From Candidatus Bathyarchaeota archaeon (GTDB lineage: Archaea > Thermoproteota > Bathyarchaeia > RBG-16-48-13 > GCA-020355125): a DNA stretch of 30,763 nucleotides. Of the stretch, positions 17,145-27,076 are shown one piece after another. Made by a program: the position numbers and the translations under genes. The stretch is taken from positions 1 to 30,763 of the forward strand of contig DAOVBJ010000001.1 of assembly GCA_030670615.1 (NCBI GenBank), read 5' to 3'. Every line of letters starts with the position of its first letter. Position 1 is the stretch's first letter. The notes below the pieces were generated by a model. The model made no database searches, had not been told where the DNA came from, and saw only the letters and a list, made by a program, of their open reading frames with translations.

Positions 17145-19142
17145 TTGAGCGCTTTGAAACCAAAAGAGAGCATGTCCAGCTTTGATTTAGCCACAGTCGT
17201 CAGAGAGTTGAGAGATATAATTGTTGGCTTTAGGATTGATAATATCTATCAAACAAGTCCGCTAACGTTTCTCCTGGCGGTTCACCCCAAAAAAACCCTG
17301 CTCATCGAAATTGGACGGCGGCTTCATTTAACGAGATACGTCACGGAAAAGCCGAAGACGCCATCTCAATTCTGCATGCTTCTCAGGAAACACCTCCGAA
17401 GGGGCTTCATCGAAGGGGTGGAAATGCCCGGTTTTGAGCGCGTGATCATTCTCTCTGTTACGTCGAAAGGCGTCTCGTATAAACTCATGTTCGAACTTTT
17501 TGGCAAAGGAAACCTCATCCTGCTAGACAGCAAGGACATGATTCTCTACGCCTCCTCCTATCGTAAAATGCGTGACAGAGACCTCATTCGCGGCGAAGCT
17601 TTTAGGCTGCCGCCTCCTCGTGGACAAGACCCTGCCCAGATCAGCCGACAAGACTTAGAAGCATTGAAGGCATTCAAAGGCGATATCGTGCGAGCCTTAC
17701 CTCGAAGCCTCGCCATCGGGGGCAGATATGCTGAAGAAATCCTGAACCGAGCCCACATTGAAAAGAAGACACTGGCTAACAGCTTAAAAAGCGACGAATT
17801 GGACCGAATCTACAACGAAACAAAAAACTTGGCTTCCACCCTGTCCACCCCCAACCCCCACATAGTCGTCCATGTGGACGGCCGATTTATCGATGTCCTG
17901 CCCTTTCCCCTGACTATTTACCGCGATTACTCGCTTAAAGAATACCCGACGTTCAACGAAGCGGCTGATGACTATTTTACCAGGATGAGCTTTGAGGAGA
18001 AAAAAGGGGACGTCCAGGGGCGGATGTTTCAACGAACTGAAGTTCAACGCAGAATTCTGGATCAACAACGAAAAAGCCTTACGGACTTCGAGCGGATTTC
18101 CATAGAAAAACAGCACATTGGAAACATCATCTATTCCCACGTCCGAGAACTCGAGCTTTTATCACGATTTATCTTGAACGTCAGTAAGACGCGGAAGGGT
18201 AACAATGAACGGTTTTCGGAAGTCAAGAAGAGAGAGTCCGAAACACTTTCCACAGACCTCCTCAAATCCATCGACTTCGAAAGAGGCCGTTACACTGTAG
18301 AACTCGAGGATCTACTGTTTGACTTGAGCTTCCGAAAGAGCGTGTATGAAAATGCCTCCACGAACTATGGGGACGCCAAGAAGGCGCAAGAGAAGATCGA
18401 TGGCGTGAAAGAAGCGATGGCTCGAATCAAGAAGAAGATGAAAGTGCTTGAGCAGCTTGAAGTTCAAACAGAAAACGACTTGGAACAGCCGAAGCAGGAG
18501 CGGAAGCGAAGGTGGTTCGAAAAGTTTCGCTGGACTCATTCTCACGACGGCTTCCTCATCCTTGGGGGACGGGACGCGTCTAGCAACGAACTGCTCATAA
18601 AGAAGCACACGAATCCAGACGACGTAGTCCTCCACGCCGATACTCCCGGAGCCCCCTTCGTCATCATTAAAACAGAGGGCAAAACGCCATCCGAACAGAC
18701 TATCGACGAAGCTGCCAAGTGCGCAGTTTCCTATAGCAGCGCATGGCGAAGCGGGTACACTTCCATGGACGCGTACTGGGTGACACCGAAACAGGTCAGT
18801 AAGACCGCTCCAGCTGGTGAATATCTCACGAGAGGCGCGTTTATGATTTATGGACGTAAAAATTACCTTCGAAACGTCCCTCTTCAACTTTCAATAGGCA
18901 TCCTCCAAGTGAACGACCAATGGATGATTGTGGGCGGGCCACCTTCAGCGATAACGTCGCAGACTAAATACAGCGTGACACTAACGCCCGGAAGAATGAA
19001 AAGTGGTAGACTCGCTAAAGAGCTGCGGCGAATCCTCGCCAACAAGGCCCCCCTCACGTTTCGGAAGACACTTCTCAAGCTACCCCTCGAGGAAATCCAA
19101 CGGTTTATTCCCGCTGGAGGCGGAGCAATCGATAGTAGATAA
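17145..19142 (+). CDS. rqcH: Ribosome-associated quality control protein RqcH/Rqc2 (NFACT family)
   Basis: MSSFDL, IDNIYQ, ELFGKGNLIL, WFEKFRW, LILGGRDASSNELLIKKH, LHADTPGAP, WVTPKQVSKTAPAGEYLTRGAFMIYGRKNY. Confidence 0.93.
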   Translation: MSALKPKESMSSFDLATVVRELRDIIVGFRIDNIYQTSPLTFLLAVHPKKTLLIEIGRRLHLTRYVTEKPKTPSQFCMLLRKHLRRGFIEGVEMPGFERVIILSVTSKGVSYKLMFELFGKGNLILLDSKDMILYASSYRKMRDRDLIRGEAFRLPPPRGQDPAQISRQDLEALKAFKGDIVRALPRSLAIGGRYAEEILNRAHIEKKTLANSLKSDELDRIYNETKNLASTLSTPNPHIVVHVDGRFIDVLPFPLTIYRDYSLKEYPTFNEAADDYFTRMSFEEKKGDVQGRMFQRTEVQRRILDQQRKSLTDFERISIEKQHIGNIIYSHVRELELLSRFILNVSKTRKGNNERFSEVKKRESETLSTDLLKSIDFERGRYTVELEDLLFDLSFRKSVYENASTNYGDAKKAQEKIDGVKEAMARIKKKMKVLEQLEVQTENDLEQPKQERKRRWFEKFRWTHSHDGFLILGGRDASSNELLIKKHTNPDDVVLHADTPGAPFVIIKTEGKTPSEQTIDEAAKCAVSYSSAWRSGYTSMDAYWVTPKQVSKTAPAGEYLTRGAFMIYGRKNYLRNVPLQLSIGILQVNDQWMIVGGPPSAITSQTKYSVTLTPGRMKSGRLAKELRRILANKAPLTFRKTLLKLPLEEIQRFIPAGGGAIDSR

Positions 19143-19148
19143 CTATAA

Positions 19149-19760
19149 ATGCGAGAAAAAAGTGAGAACATGATTAGGGATGTAGCTATGCTCAACCATG
19201 CGAAGACCGGTGTCCAAGTAAAGGACGTAATGTCCCGTCCCGTGAAGACTGTCTTGGAACATGACTCCGTTGAACAGGCAGCCAAGAAAATGATCGCTAA
19301 CGACTTGGGCAGCATCATTGTCACGGACGCCCAAGGCAATCCCGTTGGCATCATCACGGAACGGGATATTGTCGACCGCGTTGTAGCCGAGAACCGCGTG
19401 CCACGAAAAGTTAAGGCAGAAGCCGCGATGAGTCGCCCCGTCCGTATCACCACTCCCGAAGCCGACATCAAAGAAGCTGCGGAATCTATGAGAGACCACA
19501 ACATTCGACGACTGGCCGTCATGGACGAGGGAAAAATGATTGGCATCGTCTCAAGTAAAGATATCGTAGAAATTACCCCCGCTCTCCTCGAACTGATTTC
19601 TGAAAAGACGAGGATTACCCATCAGCAGTTAATGCCCTCTCGAAGAGTTTTCACCTCCACCGGATATTGCGATCATTGCCGACAATGGTCAGACACCCTC
19701 ATGGAAGTAAGCGGCAACTTCATCTGCGAGGAATGTCAAGTTGACCTCGAGTCGGAATAA
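19149..19760 (+). CDS. Tandem CBS-domain protein with C-terminal zinc ribbon
   Basis: Two CBS repeats (VKDVMSRPV...GIITERDIV; AMSRPV...GIVSSKDI) and CDHC...CEEC. Start may be a downstream ATG. Confidence 0.88.
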   Translation: MREKSENMIRDVAMLNHAKTGVQVKDVMSRPVKTVLEHDSVEQAAKKMIANDLGSIIVTDAQGNPVGIITERDIVDRVVAENRVPRKVKAEAAMSRPVRITTPEADIKEAAESMRDHNIRRLAVMDEGKMIGIVSSKDIVEITPALLELISEKTRITHQQLMPSRRVFTSTGYCDHCRQWSDTLMEVSGNFICEECQVDLESE

Positions 19761-19805
19761 AATCGTCACTTTTCCTTCGGCTATACATCGCGTATCCTCC
19801 TAAAT

Positions 19806-21176
19806 ATGGGCTGTGATCACACATTGATCGACTTGGCACTCGTTAACGCCAGGATTCTCACCGATCATGGACTTATCAAGGGTGGAATCGCCATTAATGA
19901 TGGGAAAATCTGCTCCATCGACCCAGAAGAGCACTTGCCAAAGGCCTTCACAACCATCAACATGCAGGGCAACCTCGTGTTACCCGGCCTGATCGACGTG
20001 CACACTCATCTGCGAGACCTCAACTTGGAACATAAAGAGGATTTCTATTCAGGAACCTGTGCTGCCCTCGCCGGCGGATTCACAACGGTTTTAGATATGC
20101 CCAACACTGTGCCCCTAACTGATAGCGCTCTTCGTCTACAAGCGAAAATGGCGGTAGCCAGCGGGAGGATCGTAGCAAACACGGGGTTCTACACCTGTCT
20201 TCCAGCCGAGGTGACGGAGTTGAAACGGTTAAAAGACCTTGGTGCGATGGGTTGTAAAGTTTATCTCCATAACCCACATACCATGTTGGATGTTGACGAC
20301 GACAACGTCCTCCTTCACACCCTCCAGGTTCTTGAGGACCTTGACATGATTCTCACGATCCACGCAGAAGATCGATATCTAATTGAAGACCTAGTAGCAA
20401 AGTTCCAGGCTGCCGCCACTTCCTCCCCTCGTATTCGTTCAAAGACACATCCACCCCAAGCGGAAGTGAAAGCGGTTCAGCGCGTTCTTTCTCTCATCCG
20501 AGGAAGATGTCCTCGCCTTCATTTCTGCCACATTTCCACTGGGAAGGCCTCATCCCTGATTTCACAGGCGAAGGTCGAAGGATTATCCGTCACCTACGAG
20601 GTTACGCCCCACCACCTCTTTCTCTCTGAAACCCTTTTGGGTAAGGTGGGAAGCTTAGCCTTCGTGGAACCCCCTCTACGACGTTCCACGACGCGACGCG
20701 GTCTCTGGCGCGATCTCCTCACTGGAAGCATTGACGTAGTCGCTAGCGACCACGCGCCACACGCCCTCAAAGAAAAGAGGCATTCAGACTTGTGGGCTGT
20801 CCCCAGCGGCTTTCCAGGTTTAGAAACCACACTACCCCTTCTTCTGACGATGGTTGCTCGGGGTAAGTTATCGCTTGAGCGCCTAGTAGCGGTTCTGGCA
20901 CGAAATCCCGCGCGCATCTTTAGGCTGGATGGGAAGGGGGTCATCGCTGCGGGGTTTGACGCGGATTTGACCGTCGTTGACATGGACAAGGAGTTCATCA
21001 TTGACTCCTCTGCGTTCTATTCAAAAGCAAAATATTCTCCCTTCGATGGCATGAAGGTCGTTGGACAACCGGTCCAAGTGTTTCTCGGAGGAAACCTTGT
21101 CATGGATAAAGGTGAGGTCGTGTCCAAGCCTGGAAGCGGAACGATACTCCGTCCTTCTTTGCCAGCGGTGGGGTGA
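19806..21176 (+). CDS. pyrC: Dihydroorotase (cyclic amidohydrolase family)
   Basis: DVHTHLRD, GGFTTVLDMPNT, GCKVYL, HAED, HFCHIST, EVTPHHL, SDHAPH, KAKYSPFDG. Has EPPLR where NPPLR is usual. Confidence 0.8.
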   Translation: MGCDHTLIDLALVNARILTDHGLIKGGIAINDGKICSIDPEEHLPKAFTTINMQGNLVLPGLIDVHTHLRDLNLEHKEDFYSGTCAALAGGFTTVLDMPNTVPLTDSALRLQAKMAVASGRIVANTGFYTCLPAEVTELKRLKDLGAMGCKVYLHNPHTMLDVDDDNVLLHTLQVLEDLDMILTIHAEDRYLIEDLVAKFQAAATSSPRIRSKTHPPQAEVKAVQRVLSLIRGRCPRLHFCHISTGKASSLISQAKVEGLSVTYEVTPHHLFLSETLLGKVGSLAFVEPPLRRSTTRRGLWRDLLTGSIDVVASDHAPHALKEKRHSDLWAVPSGFPGLETTLPLLLTMVARGKLSLERLVAVLARNPARIFRLDGKGVIAAGFDADLTVVDMDKEFIIDSSAFYSKAKYSPFDGMKVVGQPVQVFLGGNLVMDKGEVVSKPGSGTILRPSLPAVG

Positions 21177-21180
21177 CATC

Positions 21181-21669
21181 ATGCATTACTTTGTTGTTGA
21201 TAGCATGCTTGGCCGTTTTACTCGTTGGCTTCGGTTGCTTGGATGCGACGTTACGTATTCTAATGACGCTTCTGATGACTGGCTGCTAGCGATCGCGGAG
21301 AAGGAGCTCCGTGTCTTGTTAACTCGGGACTTGGAGCTTTTTCAAAGGGCGAAGACCCGCGGGGTGGACGCGTTCTTTGTCGAGGAAGTGACTACTTCGG
21401 AAAAGATTGCTGCAGTAGCCAGGCGCTATCAGATACGACTCGACTTTGACACATCTCTTTCCCGCTGCCCGACCTGTGGCTCCGCGATTAGGACGGCCGA
21501 AAAATCGGAGGTATCAGGAAAAGTTCCTGAGGGAACCTTTGCGCACTACACTGAGTTCTGGATCTGCGTTGGCTGCAGTAAAGTCTACTGGCAGGGAAGT
21601 CACTGGACGAGCATCAGAGAAATCGTGGATAAAGCTAAAAAGCTAGTCATGGAACACAGTAATTCATAG
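21181..21669 (+). CDS. Mut7-C RNase domain protein (PIN-like + Zn ribbon)
   Basis: FVVDSMLGRFTRWLRLLGCD, LLTRD, SRCPTCG, FWICVGCSKVYWQGSHW. ATG at 21181 preferred over 21061, which overlaps pyrC. Confidence 0.9.
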   Translation: MHYFVVDSMLGRFTRWLRLLGCDVTYSNDASDDWLLAIAEKELRVLLTRDLELFQRAKTRGVDAFFVEEVTTSEKIAAVARRYQIRLDFDTSLSRCPTCGSAIRTAEKSEVSGKVPEGTFAHYTEFWICVGCSKVYWQGSHWTSIREIVDKAKKLVMEHSNS

Positions 21670-21692
21670 GAACGTTTTACGTAAACGCTAGG

Positions 21693-22337
21693 GTGACGTA
21701 CATGTCTTTCGAATTGACTGATGCTGAGGGACGATTCCTCGTCCAGCTTGCGAGACAATCGATTTCAGCCTTCTTGGACTCGGGTGAGAAAACTCCCGTC
21801 CCTCCGAACATCCCTGTAGTCCTCCGCCAAAAATGCGGGGTCTTCGTAACGCTAAGCGTTATGCATGGCGAGGCGAAAGCCTTGAGAGGCTGTATTGGTT
21901 ATCCGGAGCCCCGACTCCCCCTGGCGGAGGCCACTATTACCTCGGCCATCAACTCGGCCACTGGAGACCCCCGATTTCCCCTTCTGGCAACAGAGGAACT
22001 TGAGCGGGTGGTTATCGAGGTCAGCGTTCTCACGCCACCCACCTTGATCACTGTGAAGACGCCGATGGAGTACGTGACGCAGGTTGAGGTTGGGAAAGAA
22101 GGGTTAATCGTGGAGCGAGGAGTATTCAAGGGATTACTCTTACCCCAGGTTCCAGTTGAATGGGGGTGGAACGTCGAGGAATTTCTGACACACTGCTGTA
22201 TGAAAGCCGGGCTTTCCCCCGACGCGTGGTTGGTTGAGGGAACAAGAATCTACAAGTTTTCGTGTGTTATTGCACGTGAAACCAGTCCTAGCGGGCCTGT
22301 TGAGGTCATCGATATGCGAAACGGTGAACAACCTTAA
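21693..22337 (+). CDS. AMMECR1 domain protein (AmmeMemoRadiSam protein A type)
   Basis: GVFVTL, LRGCIGY, DPRFP, IEVSVLT, GLLLPQV, CMKAGL. Start GTG 21693 or ATG 21702. Confidence 0.92.
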   Translation: MTYMSFELTDAEGRFLVQLARQSISAFLDSGEKTPVPPNIPVVLRQKCGVFVTLSVMHGEAKALRGCIGYPEPRLPLAEATITSAINSATGDPRFPLLATEELERVVIEVSVLTPPTLITVKTPMEYVTQVEVGKEGLIVERGVFKGLLLPQVPVEWGWNVEEFLTHCCMKAGLSPDAWLVEGTRIYKFSCVIARETSPSGPVEVIDMRNGEQP

Positions 22338-22376
22338 AACCCTTTTTCTTAACTGGAAGAGATCGGATCTAGCTAG

Positions 22377-22547
22377 AAGGAAACTATAAAACCAGAAAAC
22401 CCTCTCCTTAAATTAGATAATGTAGTTCTCACACTCCACATTGGTGCTGGAACAAAAGACTGTGGAGAATGTGTTGTGATGACTGTTGTGGAAAACACCA
22501 TCAATGTTCTTAAAGACATGAAGCCTATGTATTCGGTTACTGCCTAA
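22377..22547 (+). pseudogene. C-terminal remnant of a D-isomer-specific 2-hydroxyacid dehydrogenase
   Basis: Hand translation: KETIKPENPLLKLDNVVLTLHIGAGTKDC...ENTINVLKDMKPMYSVTA*, matching the NPLL.LDNV.LTPHIG motif; no start codon. Confidence 0.8.
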
Positions 22548-22693
22548 AATTTTTCTTAGATATTTTGAAGCTGTATTCGATTTTCCTATGATTCGGAAAC
22601 GTTGTCTTTGACCATGATATGGGTTTTTAGGTCTTTATCTATAGTCGTAACACATATATTCAGTTATGGGAGAGACTTCTATGGGTTTGTATT

Positions 22694-23674
22694 ATGGTAA
22701 ATTTGTTAGATCCCCTAATAATAAAGGGACTTAAACTTAAGAACAGACTCGTCATGCCACCGATTGGAACCGACTTGGCAACAAACAAAGGAGAAGTGAC
22801 GGAGAAACACCTATCTTCTTATGAGCCTAGAGCAAGGGGGATGGGTCTCGTTATAGTTGAGCACACCTATGTTGACTTTGGTGGCAGATTCACAGCTACA
22901 CAACTCGGTATTCATAATGATAGCCTCATTCCAGGCCTTAAAAAACTAGTTGAAGTCATCCATGTGTCAGGCGCAGCAGCAGCCATACAGCTCAATCACT
23001 CAGGAGGTAAATGTGTTGAATCCGTCTGTGGTATGCAGTCAGTCGGTCCTTCTTCAATTAAGTATTGGAAGGAGCCTACAAGAGGACTTGACATCTCTGA
23101 GATCAACGATTTAGTCCATAAATTTGGCGATGGCGCTGCTCGAGCCGTTGTGGCTGGGTTTGATGCAGTGGAGATCCATGCAGCTCATGGCTTTCTATTG
23201 AATGAGTTTACCTCACCTCTGACGAATAAGAGGACTGATCTGTATGGTGGGAGCTTGGAGAACCGTTTCCGTTTTGCTTTAGAGGTGATTAGAGAAGTGA
23301 GGTCAAGGGTTGGTGACAACTTCCCTCTCCTCTTCCGTTTAGGAGCAGATGACTTCACATCAGGAGGCTTAACCATCACAGAGAGTAAGAAGATAGCGCC
23401 TTTTATCGTTGAAGAGGGGATCGATATCATGGATATATCTAGCGGAATCTGTGGTATTTATCACCCCACGAATAAGAAGCCAGGTTTCTTCGTCCAAATG
23501 GCAGAAGAGATAAAGAATGTAATCTCCGCCCCAGTTATTGGTGTGGGAGGAATAACCACAGTTGAACTTGCAAATAGATTTGTCTGCGAGGAGAAGGTGG
23601 ATCTAGTTGCTATTGGAAGGGCTTTGATGAAGGACCCTGAATGGGGAGTTAAAGCCATGAAGGCACTCAAGTAA
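22694..23674 (+). CDS. NADH:flavin oxidoreductase (Old Yellow Enzyme family)
   Basis: LKNRLVMPP, IQLNHSG, GFDAVEIHAAHGFLL, NKRTDLYGGSLENRFRF, DLVAIGRAL. Confidence 0.93.
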   Translation: MVNLLDPLIIKGLKLKNRLVMPPIGTDLATNKGEVTEKHLSSYEPRARGMGLVIVEHTYVDFGGRFTATQLGIHNDSLIPGLKKLVEVIHVSGAAAAIQLNHSGGKCVESVCGMQSVGPSSIKYWKEPTRGLDISEINDLVHKFGDGAARAVVAGFDAVEIHAAHGFLLNEFTSPLTNKRTDLYGGSLENRFRFALEVIREVRSRVGDNFPLLFRLGADDFTSGGLTITESKKIAPFIVEEGIDIMDISSGICGIYHPTNKKPGFFVQMAEEIKNVISAPVIGVGGITTVELANRFVCEEKVDLVAIGRALMKDPEWGVKAMKALK

Positions 23675-23885
23675 AAGAGTGTCGATGAGCCTTCATGAGC
23701 ATCATTAATCAAATAATATTATTCTAGCTAGCTATAGCTGCCGAGAGGATGAGAAGCATCCTGACCAATAAGCCCTAGAAGAATTAACTGCGATAAACCC
23801 CTCCCACAACAGGTTCGCCGATGAATGCTACACCAGCCTTGACAGCAGAACAAACTGAGGACTCCCTAGAAGCTCTAGCTAGCTG

Positions 23886-24470
23886 GTGTATCGCCGTCTT
23901 GTAGCGCCTCAGGGAGAGTGCTTTATCAGGAAAGGCATAGGGTTCTGCGCAACATGTGACGTTCCTCTCTATCGCGATAAGAGAGTGGTCGTTGTTGGTG
24001 GAGGCAACTCGGCTTTCTCTGCTGTACTTGACTTAATTTTTCTTCTGAAATTCACCTTATTCATCGCAAAAAAGAGTTCAAAGCAGATGACATATTGGTG
24101 CAAGAAGCCAGTCGAGGTAAAACGTCACTTTTCACACACAAATGGTCGTTCGCATCTTCTTGGGAAAAGACAAACTCACGGGGGTACGACTTGAATCAGT
24201 TGATGGAAAGGAATGGTTCGACTTGAATGTAGATGGGGTGTTTCTGGAAATCGGTCTCGCCCCAAATATAGGACCCTTGAAAGGGTTGGTTGAACTAAAC
24301 AACCGGGGAAAAGTCCAGATGAACACGGATCAATCCATAGCTATGGAAGGTCTCTTCGTAGATGGCGATGTCACCGACATCGAAAAGAAGCAAATATCTA
24401 TAGCAGTCAGTCAAGGGGCCTTACCGACCTTAACAGCCTACAAATATTTGATAGAAAATAGATTAACTAA
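23886..24470 (+). pseudogene. trxB: Frameshifted, 5'-truncated thioredoxin-disulfide reductase
   Basis: YRRL..QGE.FIRKGIGFCATCD...VVVVGGGNSA; then in another frame EIHLIHRKKEFKAD; then DGVFLEIGLAPN...GLFVDGDVTD...AYKYL. At least two frameshifts and no N-terminal FAD motif. Confidence 0.85.
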
Positions 24471-24616
24471 AACACTATATCTTCTGCTAGCTAGCGTCAT
24501 AGAGTTTAGACATTGCTTCTCCAAAAACACTAAAGTTTTAACCTACGGTTTTTAAGGAAAAGCATCTATTGGAGTACTTGAGTGGATGAAGCCTTCGTAG
24601 GGGAATCTGCAATAAC

Positions 24617-25792
24617 ATGAGGGTTTACTTCGGCGTCTGCGGTGTGGGCTTGGGCCATGTCGGCCGCTGTATGCCTGTTGCGAAAAAACTTCGTAAACGG
24701 GGAGACCACGTCCTCTTCTCTACCTACAAGGATGCTTGTGACTACGTGGAACGTGAGAACTTTCCCCTGTGTAAAGCGCCCCCTTTAAGTTACGCTGTTA
24801 GGCCTGATGGTGGTGTGGACTTCCGAAAGACGACGGCAGACCCTGGAATTTTTTCCACATACATCTTCCTCACCCAAGTCCGGGCTGAAATCGAGTTCAT
24901 GCGGAGCTTCAACCCCGACTTCGTGTTTTCTGATTCGCGACTTTCCTCTCTCGCCGCTGCAAAACTTTTAGGAATTCCCTCGGTGACTGTCCTCAACACG
25001 TATAAAGTGACCATTCCCCGGGAACGACGGTTTCTGACGCTGGCTCAAATCGCAGACGGTGGGATTCTCACCATCATCGGGGAGTCTTGGGCCTTAGGCA
25101 AAAAAATATTGATCCCTGACTTCCCCCTGCCCAACACGCTGTCCCTCGCGAATCTCGAGATTCCACCTCGCCGGCGGAGGAAAATCGAGTTCATCGGTCC
25201 TGTATTGCCGGTCAGACCTGAAGAATTGCCTGAAAAGAAGGAGATTCGACAGAAACTGGGGTACTCTGACGAAATCCTCATATTTGTTCCCATCAGCGGC
25301 TCAGCTCAAGACAAAGCGTATCTCTCTCTTGTGCTGAAGCGTCTGCTGAGGAAGCTGCCGACGAATTATCGGGTCGTGATGTCGCTGGGTCAACCTGGCT
25401 CGTCTGCGACACCCATTACCGAGGGAAACGTCACCGTGTACACATGGCTGGATAATCGCTTCGAGTACCTCAAGGCATGTGACTTAGTTATTTCCCGGGC
25501 GGGCTTGGGGACGCTGAGTCAGGCAATTTGTTACGGTAAACCCCTCATCGTCATTCCCACCCCGAGTCAAACCGAGCAGTTGAACAACGCCAAGCGAGCA
25601 ATGGAGATGGGTGTGGCAAAGGTGCTGAGTCAAAAAGAACTCGAGCACAAGCAGTTCACGTCAACGGTTCGGGAGATGTTTACTTCAGAGGCGTACGTGA
25701 AGACGGCCGAGGCGTTGAAAGCCGACGTTTCAAAGCTCAATGCCACCGAAACCATGGTTCGCGTGATAACCAGTCTTGGAAACGCGTTATAG
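24617..25792 (+). CDS. GT28/MurG-like GT-B glycosyltransferase (MJ1255-like)
   Basis: CGVGLGHVGR, DLVISRAGLGTLSQAICYGKPLIVIPTPSQTEQLNNA. Confidence 0.88.
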   Translation: MRVYFGVCGVGLGHVGRCMPVAKKLRKRGDHVLFSTYKDACDYVERENFPLCKAPPLSYAVRPDGGVDFRKTTADPGIFSTYIFLTQVRAEIEFMRSFNPDFVFSDSRLSSLAAAKLLGIPSVTVLNTYKVTIPRERRFLTLAQIADGGILTIIGESWALGKKILIPDFPLPNTLSLANLEIPPRRRRKIEFIGPVLPVRPEELPEKKEIRQKLGYSDEILIFVPISGSAQDKAYLSLVLKRLLRKLPTNYRVVMSLGQPGSSATPITEGNVTVYTWLDNRFEYLKACDLVISRAGLGTLSQAICYGKPLIVIPTPSQTEQLNNAKRAMEMGVAKVLSQKELEHKQFTSTVREMFTSEAYVKTAEALKADVSKLNATETMVRVITSLGNAL

Positions 25793-25973
25793 CGGGATCT
25801 AGCCCGCTCATGAACGTGTTAATATTCGCTCTTAACGTCTTTTCAGCCATCTCCATCGTAAAAAAGTTGAGTGAAGTGTATAATGCTTTTACAAAGAGAA
25901 AAACGAGGACGCCACATATCTAGTTAAGCTTATATAAGCGGTGAAAAATGAGTTAAACAAGGTGTAAATTATA

Positions 25974-26753
25974 ATGCCCTTTGAAAACAAACTTAGAAAA
26001 TTACTGGAGAAAGATCAGCCCACTGTTGGAACTCACATAGGGATTGCCTTTCCACTAGTAACTGAGTTGGTTGGTCTTTCTGGTCAATTTGACTATATTG
26101 AATTTGCAGGTGAATATCATCCATATACTGATTTTGACCTCATTAACATAGCCAGGACAGCTGAAATGTATGGGATGTCAACAATGATAAAGATTGATCA
26201 GAGCCCTAGAATTTCCATCGCTGAAAGAGCCATGGGTATTGCCGGTATACAAAACATGTTATTCGCAGACAGTAGGACGGTCGAGGACGTTAAACTCTGT
26301 GTTGACGCCGTAAGGTGCGATCCCAAGGGCATTGGAGGAGCACGATTCGGTAGAGTGATGACGAAGCTTGGAAGCTTACCTGCTTGGGTAAAATATTGTG
26401 ATGACGCAGTCGTGGCCATAATGATTGAGAAGAAGAAGGCTGTTGAAAACTTGGAGGAGCTCTTGTCGGTAGATGGAGTCGATATGGTGCAATGGGGTCC
26501 AGCAGACTTCACTGTTAGCTCAGGCATACCTGGACAATGGACCAATCCAAAGGTGAAAGAAGCGGAGCTTAAGGTCATAAAGACAGCGTTAAAGATGGAC
26601 ATACGGCCAAGAATAGAGTGTAGCGTAGAAGCTATGCAGGGATACATCGATCTAGGTGTCCGTGACTTCTGCATTGGCATGGATACATCGATCTTATCAA
26701 GTTGGTTTAATGACTCAGGTAAAAAGATAAGGGAAACCTTGGCTAAAATATGA
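25974..26753 (+). CDS. HpcH/HpaI family class II aldolase
   Basis: FDYIEFAGEY, VAIMIEKKKAVENLEELLSVDGVDMVQWGPADF. Confidence 0.88.
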   Translation: MPFENKLRKLLEKDQPTVGTHIGIAFPLVTELVGLSGQFDYIEFAGEYHPYTDFDLINIARTAEMYGMSTMIKIDQSPRISIAERAMGIAGIQNMLFADSRTVEDVKLCVDAVRCDPKGIGGARFGRVMTKLGSLPAWVKYCDDAVVAIMIEKKKAVENLEELLSVDGVDMVQWGPADFTVSSGIPGQWTNPKVKEAELKVIKTALKMDIRPRIECSVEAMQGYIDLGVRDFCIGMDTSILSSWFNDSGKKIRETLAKI

Positions 26754-26882
26754 GGGAACCCAACGTAAACCCTGTTTAAACCGTTTTTTCCACTACTTTT
26801 TTAGATGGGGTTTTGAAAACGGATACGCATTTCATTCTTCTGTTCTTCGCTCTTAGCCATTAAACCACACAGAGTTAGCTAG

Positions 26883-27041
26883 CTCGGTAAAGGAGTAACG
26901 GTGAACATGGGATTTCCCATTGTAATATCAATTCCTTCCCATGGCACTGCCTTTGATATCGTTGGTAAGGGAGTGGTAAATTCAAACGCATTAAAGGAAG
27001 CTGTCTTGTTAGCTGCGAAGATGGCTATTTGGCAATCCTAA
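26883..27041 (+). pseudogene. pdxA: C-terminal remnant of a PdxA-family dehydrogenase
   Basis: Hand translation: LGKGVTVNMGFPIVISIPSHGTAFDIVGKGVVNSNALKEAVLLAAKMA, matching GVN.TLGLPI.RTS.DHGTAFDIAGKG. Confidence 0.85.
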
Positions 27042-27076
27042 GCCTTATTATTGGATTGTAACATAGATGGTGTAAT

